64,000 nt of DNA from Candidatus Eiseniibacteriota bacterium (GTDB lineage: Bacteria; Eisenbacteria; RBG-16-71-46). Positions within the stretch are counted from its first letter, which is position 1. Each line of letters opens with the position of its first letter. The DNA is taken from NCBI GenBank assembly GCA_038231135.1, contig JBBRLX010000018.1:8601-72600 (forward strand), written 5' to 3'. The notes below the pieces were generated by a model that was not told the DNA's origin, did not search any database, and worked only from the letters and a program-made list of their open reading frames with translations. The translations under genes were made by a program, and so were the position numbers. Positions 44,521 to 51,848 of this stretch are shown here, piece after piece.

Positions 44521-45432
44521 ATGAGACGCGCGCTCGTAATTCTGGCTTTGGTGATCGGCACCGCGCGGGCCGCTCATTCGCAGAGTTACACGCTCACCAC
44601 GTCCTGGCCGGTCGATGGCAACCTGCTCGTCTCCGACGGTGCTTCGCTCTACGTCCTCAATTCGACGAGTGGGCTCGTAACGCACTTCGACCTGTCGGGA
44701 GCGACTACGGGCTCGTTCTCAGTCGCTCCGGATCCAGACCACGCCCGGTCCACGAACCTCGCTGGCTTCGATCCCACCGGAAACGTCTACGTCGCCCACT
44801 TCGATAACGTGAGCGGCAGCTTGGACCTGTATGCACCCAACGGAGCGAGCGTGGCTCCTCGACGGGCGCTGGCATGGCCGGTGGAGGCGGTGGACCACGA
44901 AGGCCTCATGTACGCCATTGGCAGGGACGACTACGGCGACCGTCAACTCATCACGATCTCGGCCGCCGGAGACGAGATCGGTGCCAGCACCATTGGACAC
45001 CCGTATGCATTCATCTTGGGCGTGTCCTGGGACGATCGCCTGTGCCTGTCCAATGAAGAGAGCGCCGGGTGCCCAAGGTATCAAGTGTGGGTCGCGAACG
45101 GACCAGGCGTCACCGGGCGAGACTGCGGGCAAGGCGAGCCCACCGATTACATCCCAATGTTCGGAACTTCCGATGGCCAGGGCGGCAGCTTCGTTCTCGC
45201 CAGAAGAGGCCTCGGAAACTACAGCTACGCCTATTCGGTCGATCGCTACGGCAGTGGCGTCAACGCTCGGCTTGCGCGCTTCGACTTGCCTCAGGGCGGG
45301 GAGATGATCGCTTCCGACTCGCAGGGTGCGGTCTACGTGCTGGTCCAGGGCGCGGTACAGAAGTGGGTGCCCAGCGCTGTGACGCCGACTGTCAGATCGA
45401 CATGGGGAAGCCTCAAGGCGCGATGGCGGTGA
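44521..45432 (+). CDS. Secreted hypothetical protein (beta-propeller-like) with conserved basic C-terminal tail
   Basis: 303 aa. A strong SD GGAGGT and signal peptide MRRALVILALVIGTARAAHS. Repeated ...G.VYV... strand motifs. The tail is AVTPTVRSTWGSLKARWR. GC is 38/60 in each of the two lines counted (44521-44640). Confidence 0.7.
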   Translation: MRRALVILALVIGTARAAHSQSYTLTTSWPVDGNLLVSDGASLYVLNSTSGLVTHFDLSGATTGSFSVAPDPDHARSTNLAGFDPTGNVYVAHFDNVSGSLDLYAPNGASVAPRRALAWPVEAVDHEGLMYAIGRDDYGDRQLITISAAGDEIGASTIGHPYAFILGVSWDDRLCLSNEESAGCPRYQVWVANGPGVTGRDCGQGEPTDYIPMFGTSDGQGGSFVLARRGLGNYSYAYSVDRYGSGVNARLARFDLPQGGEMIASDSQGAVYVLVQGAVQKWVPSAVTPTVRSTWGSLKARWR

Positions 45433-45466
45433 TGTAAGCCCGGCACAGCTTCGTCGAACGAACGCC

Positions 45467-45808
45467 TCACGCCGCCCGGTGCAATCTCCCCGACTCGTCC
45501 GTCGTGAACAGCACGTACGTTACGGTGCCATCGCCGGGGTCGGTGAACGCCTCGATGAACTCCTCGGCGAGGTTCCGGCTGTGCTCGCCGGCCATGCCGT
45601 CGGACTCGCCGGGAGCCCGCTCGAAGTGCCATTGCTGCAGCACGTATTCCGCCTGACCGCAGATGGTCCGCACCACGTGCACGGCCTCGACCGGGGTGCC
45701 CTGGGAATGCAGGGCGTCCACGGCGGCGATCGCCGCAGACCGATCCCAGCCGGGTGCGGTCAGTTCGAGATCGTCCGCGCGCCCGGGACGCGGCAACGAC
45801 GAGCCCAC
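45467..45808 (-). CDS. Hypothetical acidic protein; true 5' end unresolved (same frame as holB)
   Basis: The frame has high GC3 and protein-like composition: ...AAIAAVDALHSQGTPVEAVHVVRTICGQAEYVLQQWHFE...NLAEEFIEAFTDPGDGTVTYVLFTTDESG. The track start GTG 45808 has no SD. The coding signal continues upstream to the holB stop (see findings). Confidence 0.55.
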   Translation of the reverse strand: MGSSLPRPGRADDLELTAPGWDRSAAIAAVDALHSQGTPVEAVHVVRTICGQAEYVLQQWHFERAPGESDGMAGEHSRNLAEEFIEAFTDPGDGTVTYVLFTTDESGRLHRAA

Positions 45809-46021
45809 GAGCAGCGGCGGCTGCGCCGTCTCGGGCTCGTGGATGGCGTCGAACCGAATGATCTGGAACGAGTCGTCGTCGTTCGGGGCCGGTTTTGAGA
45901 CCGGTTTTCTGCGGGGGTCGGACAGCTGGGCCTCCCTGTTCGCGCAGTGGCCCGAGGGGGCTGAAGACGCGCGAACGTTCTTGGAGTCATCGGCCGATCG
46001 GGGGCCCGAATCGAGCCTTTG

Positions 46022-47245
46022 TCAGTACCGCCAGCGCCCGGCCGCATAGGCGGGCCAGGCGGTGGTCTCGAACCCGGGGTCGGCCACCCGCATCAGCGCC
46101 GAGAACAGTGCCAGGTCGGGGGTTACGTTGCCCTCGATCGCCCGCAGCGCCTCCTCGAGCGCCATCAGCCTCCGCCGCACCTCGGTGGCGCCGATGCGCT
46201 CGGCCTGACGCCGGATCTCGGGCTCGCGGTCGCGGTTCAGCAGGTCCTCGCGCGGGGCGCCATAGCGCGCCCGCAGCAGGTCGCGCAGCCACAGCTCCTG
46301 GAACTCGATCAGCCGCCGCAGCGACTCGCGCCCCGCGCGGCCGAACTTGTTGAAGCCCTGAACGGCCAGCCACAGGGCGGGGCCGTCGCCACGCAGCGCG
46401 GGCTCGAGCAACTTGAGCGCCTGATTGCGCGCTGCGATCGGCTGGCCCTCGCGCAGCACCAGCGCCCGCGACAGCGAGCCGCACGACAGCGCGGCCAGCA
46501 TCCGCGACTCGGCGGGGTCGCAGCCGACGCGCGACACCATGAACTCCGCGACCAGCGACTCGGGGTACGGCGCGAACCGCACCTTCTGGGTGCGTGACCG
46601 GATCGTCGCCGGCAGCCGCGAGAGCCGCGAGGTGGTGAGCAACCACACGGTGTCGCCGGGCTCCTCGATGGCCTTGAGCATCGCCGAATACTGATCCAGG
46701 CGCATGCGGTCGGCATCGCGCACCACCACCACCCGGCGCGCGGCCTCGTACGGCTTGTACGCGAGGTCGCGCAGCAGGTCGCGCGTAAGCGACATGCGGA
46801 TCGACGCGGCCTTGTCGTAGGTGAACACGAACAGCGGATCCTCGCGCCACGCTTCGAGCGTATCGATGATCGTCTCGTCGAGTTCCTTCTCCTCGCCCGA
46901 CACCGGGAACAGGAACTTGAGATCGGGATGCTGGAGAGCTGCGGTTTTGCGGCAGGCGGCGCACTCGCCGCAGGCATCGTTGAGCTTTGCGCCGGCGCCG
47001 CCCGCGCCCGCGGGGCCTGAGTCCGTCGCGTCTAACCGCCCCGGCGTCGCCGCGATGCCGGCGGTCCCGTTGATGCGCTCGCACAGCAGCGCGCGCGCGA
47101 ACGCCAGCGCCGCGGTGCCCTTGCCGACGCCGGCCGGGCCATGGAACAGATAGGCGTTCGCGTAGCGGCCACTCGCCACGGTGTGGCGGAGGAAGCGCTG
47201 GGCATCGGGTTGTCCGAGCAGCTCGGACAGCAGGATCACGGGCAC
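46022..47245 (-). CDS. holB: DNA polymerase III subunit delta-prime
   Basis: ...GRYANAYLFHGPAGVGKGTAALAFARALLCE...CGECAACRKTAALQHPDL...VVVVRDADRM...SAMLKAIEEPGDTVWLLTT...LPATIRSRTQKV, the clamp-loader AAA+ motifs including SRC-like SRT. Confidence 0.85.
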   Translation of the reverse strand: MPVILLSELLGQPDAQRFLRHTVASGRYANAYLFHGPAGVGKGTAALAFARALLCERINGTAGIAATPGRLDATDSGPAGAGGAGAKLNDACGECAACRKTAALQHPDLKFLFPVSGEEKELDETIIDTLEAWREDPLFVFTYDKAASIRMSLTRDLLRDLAYKPYEAARRVVVVRDADRMRLDQYSAMLKAIEEPGDTVWLLTTSRLSRLPATIRSRTQKVRFAPYPESLVAEFMVSRVGCDPAESRMLAALSCGSLSRALVLREGQPIAARNQALKLLEPALRGDGPALWLAVQGFNKFGRAGRESLRRLIEFQELWLRDLLRARYGAPREDLLNRDREPEIRRQAERIGATEVRRRLMALEEALRAIEGNVTPDLALFSALMRVADPGFETTAWPAYAAGRWRY

Positions 47246-47303
47246 TTGGGAGGCCTTTCCGGGCGGTTGCGGGAGTCGGTCCCTGAGAGCAGCATCCTAC
47301 AGA

Positions 47304-48533
47304 CTATTGCAGCCAGCCCTCGGGATCGAGCGAGGTGCCGCCCTTGCGGACCTCGAAGTGCAGGACCGGACCCCTGAGAGAGCCCGAGTCGCCGGATTGC
47401 GCGATCACCTGGCCGGACTGCACCTCCTGCCCGACCGACACCGCGATCGACGACAGGTGGCCGTAGAGCGTGTAGTACCCGTCGCCGTGGTTCAGGATCA
47501 CCATCTGCCCGTAGGTGCCGAAGTCCTCGCTCACGTAGTCCACGCGGCCCTTGGCGACCGCGCGCACCGAGGTGCCGATCGCCACATCGATGTCGATGCC
47601 GTTGTTCATGGTCATCGTGCCCCACTTGGGGTGCTTCTCCGGGCCGAACCGGCCCACCAGGGGCCCGCGCACCGGCCAATCGAGATGCCCCTGGCCCGCC
47701 GCGAAGTTGCCGGTGTAAGGCTGCGGATTGCGGCCCTCGGAGCGGGCCTTGGCGCCCTCCTCGCGGCGCTTGCGATCGAGATCGGCGAGCAATTTCTGCA
47801 TCGCGCGCGCGGTCTTCTCGAGCTCGGCGGCGGCGGCCTCGTAGGCCTCGCGCTGGGTCTGGATCGTGTGCACCGATTGCGCCTTCTGCTGCCGGAGCCC
47901 GTCGAGGCGCCGGTTCTCCACCGTCGTGCGGGTCGCGGTGCGGCGGACGTCGGTGAGATTCTGCTCGAGCCGGTTCTGGGACGCTTCGACCACGTCCTTC
48001 TGTTGCTGGATCGCCTCGAGCAGCACGCGGTCCTGCTCCGCGACCATGACGAGGAAGTCCCACCGCGACAGGAGCTGCGCGAACGATCGCGTCGACAGCA
48101 GGAACTCGAGCTCGCGGCCGACGCCGTATTTGTAGAGGCTACGCAGCCGGTGGGCGAACCGGGCGCGCTGCTGGTCCAGGGACTCGAGATTGCGATCGAG
48201 ATTCGCGCGCGTCACTTCGAGCTGGCGATCCAGGTTGCCGCGCCGGCTCTGAAGCGACTGGAGGCGCTTGCGTGTGGAGTTCAGCTCGCGCTCGGTACGG
48301 TGGAGCTGGACCAGCGCCTTCTGCTCCTGGCCGCGCAGCTGTTTCGCGGCCTCGCGATGCGCGCGGGCCTGCTGCTGGATGCGCTCGAGCTCGGCGCGCT
48401 TGGAGGCCTCGAGGCTGTCCTGGGCGGCCGCCGGATGCATCGCGACCGCGGCGAGCAGCGCAACGGCGAAGCACGATTGGACGAAGCGGCGGAACCGGCC
48501 GCGGGCGCGCGGCGCCATGACCCAGGTGGTCAT
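47304..48533 (-). CDS. envC: EnvC-like murein hydrolase activator (coiled coil plus M23/LytM domain)
   Basis: ORF 47304..49361 trimmed to ATG 48533, which forms an ATGA overlap with the ftsX stop. It has a signal/anchor and a long coiled coil. The C-terminus is ...NNGIDIDVAIGTSVRAVAKGRVDYV...GQMVILNHGDGYYTLYGHLS...GDSGSLRGPVLHFEVR. Confidence 0.85.
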   Translation of the reverse strand: MTTWVMAPRARGRFRRFVQSCFAVALLAAVAMHPAAAQDSLEASKRAELERIQQQARAHREAAKQLRGQEQKALVQLHRTERELNSTRKRLQSLQSRRGNLDRQLEVTRANLDRNLESLDQQRARFAHRLRSLYKYGVGRELEFLLSTRSFAQLLSRWDFLVMVAEQDRVLLEAIQQQKDVVEASQNRLEQNLTDVRRTATRTTVENRRLDGLRQQKAQSVHTIQTQREAYEAAAAELEKTARAMQKLLADLDRKRREEGAKARSEGRNPQPYTGNFAAGQGHLDWPVRGPLVGRFGPEKHPKWGTMTMNNGIDIDVAIGTSVRAVAKGRVDYVSEDFGTYGQMVILNHGDGYYTLYGHLSSIAVSVGQEVQSGQVIAQSGDSGSLRGPVLHFEVRKGGTSLDPEGWLQ

Positions 48534-49387
48534 GCGCCGACCGAGCGCAGCACCCTCGACAGCGCGAGCATGGCCGCGAGCCACCCCAGGAGGACGACCG
48601 CACCCAGGAACACGGCGGCCCAGGTCCACGGCAGGAACTGCACGTTGCCGATCTGCGCCGCCAGCGCCTGCTGGCAGCCGAATGCCAGCGCCAGTGCGAG
48701 CACGCCCGAGACCAGCGCCTCGAGCATCGCCTCGATCACGAACGGCGTGGCGATGAACCGGTCCGTGGCGCCGAGGCGGCTCATGATCTCGACCTGCGGC
48801 CGCCGCGCGAGCACGGTGAGCCGGATGGTGTTGTAGAGCACGAACACCACGGCCAGCGCGACCAGCGCGCCCACCGCGATCGCGCCCCGCACCATGCCGT
48901 CCTTGAGCTGGTCGAGTCGCCGCACCCAGTCGCCGCCGTAGCGCACGTCCTCGACCTCGGGGAACTTCGACACCTGCTGCGCCGCGCGCTCCATCGCCTC
49001 GTAGTTGAGCAGCTCGGGCTTGAGCTTGAGGCGCAGCGACGCGGGCAGCGGGTTGCCGCCCACGGCATCGAGCAGCGCCGGGTCGCCGATCTGTTCCGAG
49101 AACTCCTTCCACGCGTCGTCCTTGCTCACGTACGTCGCCACGCCGTAGAGCTGCGACAGCCGGCCGACCAGCGCGTCGCGCTGCGCGGGGGTGACGTCGT
49201 CGTTCAGATACACCACCATCTCCCGCCGGTCGCCGACGAGTTGCAGCGCGACGCGCGCGTTGTCCGCCAGCATCACGAACACCGCGCACAGCGCGAGCGC
49301 CGCGGTGAGCGAAAAGATCGCGGTGCTCCCGAGCCCGCGATGGTGCTTGAACGATCGCCACGCCTCGCGGAAGTAGAACACGTGCAT
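48530..49387 (-). CDS. ftsX: Cell division permease-like protein FtsX
   Basis: MHVFYFREAWRSFKHHRGLGSTAIFSLTAAL..., a periplasmic domain, then three C-terminal TMs. TGATG overlap with ftsE. Confidence 0.9.
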   Translation of the reverse strand: MHVFYFREAWRSFKHHRGLGSTAIFSLTAALALCAVFVMLADNARVALQLVGDRREMVVYLNDDVTPAQRDALVGRLSQLYGVATYVSKDDAWKEFSEQIGDPALLDAVGGNPLPASLRLKLKPELLNYEAMERAAQQVSKFPEVEDVRYGGDWVRRLDQLKDGMVRGAIAVGALVALAVVFVLYNTIRLTVLARRPQVEIMSRLGATDRFIATPFVIEAMLEALVSGVLALALAFGCQQALAAQIGNVQFLPWTWAAVFLGAVVLLGWLAAMLALSRVLRSVGA

Positions 49388-50091
49388 CACACGCCTCCCG
49401 CCCGGGTTGCGCGGCCCGGACGCGGCATGCCGGTGTCGCCGTTCACGAGCCTGCCGTCCTCGAGCGTGAGCACGCGGCCGCCGAGCGCCTGCGCCGCCGC
49501 GGGGTTCGTGGTGACGAGCAGCAGTGCGGCGCCTTCCGCGTGGATCGCCCGCAGCAGCGCCATCACCTCATCGGCGCTGCGCTTCTCGAGCGCCCCGGTG
49601 GGCTCGTCGGCGATCAGCACCGCTGGGCGGTTCACGATCGCCCGCGCGATCGCCACGCGCTGCTTCTCGCCACCCGACAGCTCGGACGGGTAGGCCGTGT
49701 GCTTGCCGGCGAGCCCGACCTCTTCGAGCGCGTGCGTCACGCGCGGCACCACGTCCTCGTTCGAGAACAGCCCCATGATGTGGACCGCGAGCGCCACGTT
49801 CTCGAACACCGTGCGGTCGCTCAGCAGCCGGAAGTCCTCGTACACGACGCCGATGGTCCGCCGCAGCAGGGCGCGCTGGGAGCGCGAGATCCGGCCGCTG
49901 CGGAACGTGCCCACCACGACGCTGCCCGAGGTTGGACGCGACTCGTGGGTGATGAGCCGGAGCAGCGAGGTCTTGCCGGCGCCGCTGTGGCCGAGGAACA
50001 CGACGCATTCCCCTTCGTCCATGTGCCACGACACGGAGTCGAGCGCCAGGCGCTCTCCGTAGCGCTTGGTGACCTGCTCGAACGTGATCAT
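49387..50091 (-). CDS. ftsE: Cell division ATP-binding protein FtsE
   Basis: MITFEQVTKRYG..., Walker A GHSGAGKTS, signature LSGGEKQRVAIARA, Walker B VLIADEPTGAL. Confidence 0.92.
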   Translation of the reverse strand: MITFEQVTKRYGERLALDSVSWHMDEGECVVFLGHSGAGKTSLLRLITHESRPTSGSVVVGTFRSGRISRSQRALLRRTIGVVYEDFRLLSDRTVFENVALAVHIMGLFSNEDVVPRVTHALEEVGLAGKHTAYPSELSGGEKQRVAIARAIVNRPAVLIADEPTGALEKRSADEVMALLRAIHAEGAALLLVTTNPAAAQALGGRVLTLEDGRLVNGDTGMPRPGRATRAGGV

Positions 50092-50112
50092 GAGATTCGC
50101 ACCGTACCAGAC

Positions 50113-50143
50113 GGGCCGGCCGCCCTCAACGGACGGCCGGCCC
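50113..50143 (-). terminator. 10-bp GC hairpin between surA-like gene and ftsE
   Basis: GGGCCGGCCG (50113-50122) pairs perfectly with CGGCCGGCCC (50134-50143) around an 11-nt loop. There is no U-tract, so its function as a terminator or attenuator is uncertain. Confidence 0.3.
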
Positions 50144-50168
50144 GGCGGGCACGGCGCCGGCCCTCCGA

Positions 50169-51500
50169 TCAGGACTTGCGGATCTCGATGTGCGCCCTGT
50201 CGCGCAGCGTCTTGATCCAGCCGTCGTAGCGCTCGCGCTGCTGGAGCTCGGCAACCGCGTCCGGCAGCTCTTCCTTGATCTCCGACATCTCGTACTCGCG
50301 CTCGCCCTTGCGGTCCACGATCTTGAAGATGTTGAAGCCGGCCGCGTTCACCAGCACGTCGCTGACGTTGCCGATCTTCACCGAGTCGAGACCGGCGCGG
50401 ATCTGCGGCTGCAGCGTCGCAACCGAGATGAATCCGAGATCGCCGTCCTTGGCCGGGCCGTCGTACTTGCTGTAGCGCTTCACCAGTTCCGCGAAATCGA
50501 TACCTTTCACGGCCTGGGTGTGCACCCTCTCGGCCAGCTTCTTGGCGCGGTCCGCATCGGCCTCGGTGAGCTGGACACGCACCAGGATGTGGCGCGCGTG
50601 GACTTCGACCGGCGGGTTGCCATGGTCGTCGAGGCTGTCCTTGCCCGCGACGCTCTTGACCGTGTCACGCTCGAGCGCCTGGACGATGTGCCAGCCCGCA
50701 GACGAGCGCACGGGCCCGCTGATCTCGTTGTTCTTGAGCCCGAACACCACGGCTTCCAGCGGCGTGTCGAGCAGGCCGCGGTTCACGAACCCCAGGTCGC
50801 CGCCGTTCCTGGCGGTGGCGGGATCGTCGGACGCCTCGGCCGCCACCTTCGCGAACTTCTCGCCGTTCGACAGCCGCTTGCGGATCGCCAGCGCCTGCAC
50901 GCGCGCACGCGCATCGGTCACCGAGTCGGCCGACGGCGGAATCTGGATGACGCGCAGCTTGATCTCGGCCGGCACCTTCGGGAATTTCTCGTGGTTGATC
51001 TTGAAATACGCCTCGGCCTCCACCTGAGAGATGGTTTTCTTCGGCAGTGTCTTCGCCATCAGCTTGCGGCCGATGATCTGGCGCTGGATCTCGGCGCGGA
51101 ACTTCTCGCGCAGCTTGTCCTCGGTGGTGTTCTCCTTGATGAGCTGCTGGCGGAAGCCGTCGTCGCCGCCGAAGCGCTGCTTGATCTCCTTCATCGCGGT
51201 CTCGAGCTCCTTCGCCACCTCGGCATCGGTGGCCGTGAGCCCCTGCTTCTTGCCTTCGGCGAAGATGAGCTTCTCGTCGATCAGCTGGTTCAGGATCTGC
51301 GTGCGCAGCGTGTCGACCGTGTCCGAATCCGGCGTCGCCTGGGACCGCGCGAGCACCAGCCCGAGCTGTTCCTCCACGTCGCTCTCGAGCACCACGTCGT
51401 CGTTCACGACCGCGGCGATGCCATCCAGCCGCTCGGCCCGAGCGGAGACTGCGAATGCGCCCGCGATCAGCACGGGCACCAGCCATTTCAAGCGCTTCAA
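50169..51500 (-). CDS. surA: SurA-like periplasmic chaperone with two parvulin PPIase domains
   Basis: Signal peptide MKRLKWLVPVLIAGAFAVSARA. SurA_N-like IAAVVNDDVVLESDVEEQL. Two rotamase domains: ...GGDLGFVNRGLL...AGWHIVQALER and HARHILV...DGDLGFISVATL...GFNIFKIVDRK. Confidence 0.85.
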   Translation of the reverse strand: MKRLKWLVPVLIAGAFAVSARAERLDGIAAVVNDDVVLESDVEEQLGLVLARSQATPDSDTVDTLRTQILNQLIDEKLIFAEGKKQGLTATDAEVAKELETAMKEIKQRFGGDDGFRQQLIKENTTEDKLREKFRAEIQRQIIGRKLMAKTLPKKTISQVEAEAYFKINHEKFPKVPAEIKLRVIQIPPSADSVTDARARVQALAIRKRLSNGEKFAKVAAEASDDPATARNGGDLGFVNRGLLDTPLEAVVFGLKNNEISGPVRSSAGWHIVQALERDTVKSVAGKDSLDDHGNPPVEVHARHILVRVQLTEADADRAKKLAERVHTQAVKGIDFAELVKRYSKYDGPAKDGDLGFISVATLQPQIRAGLDSVKIGNVSDVLVNAAGFNIFKIVDRKGEREYEMSEIKEELPDAVAELQQRERYDGWIKTLRDRAHIEIRKS

Positions 51501-51848
51501 CGAAACCTCCCGAAGAGAGTGCGGCGCCCGCTTCCGCTGCGCCTGGTTGCCTCACCATGACGCCGGAGGAACGCCCTGCAAAACAGCGGGCCAGTATAGC
51601 CGCACCGGTGACGGTTGCGGCAACAAGACATGGCCAATTGTGACGGGGGAGTGTGACTCTGAAGATGATACGCCGGGGCCCCGGGATTCCTTCCATCGTG
51701 AGTTTCGACGCGGCCTTGCGACTGCCGGACAGTCGTTGCCGCCCTGAACCCCGCCGTTTGCCGCGCTCGTCCGAGGATTGCCGCGGCCGGGTGCCCTGAC
51801 AGAGGATAATCATCCGATGCGTTCCGGCGGGTCCTGGAGGTATGGGCG

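Noticed and set aside
44182-44685. 167-aa minus-strand ORF in the ricT / 44521 spacer
   Set aside because: It overlaps the well-supported plus-strand gene start (GGAGGT SD plus signal peptide). Its composition is P/G/R-rich with no signal of function. I also looked for a tRNA or other structured RNA in 44143-44520 and saw only a 7-bp hairpin (CCGCTAG...CTAGCGG).
45888-45908. CCGGTTTT-GAGA-CCGGTTTT direct repeat / mini-hairpin followed by T-rich sequence (a possible plus-strand terminator)
   Set aside because: The stem is only 4-5 bp, no plus-strand gene ends nearby, and it lies inside the stretch that looks translated on the minus strand.
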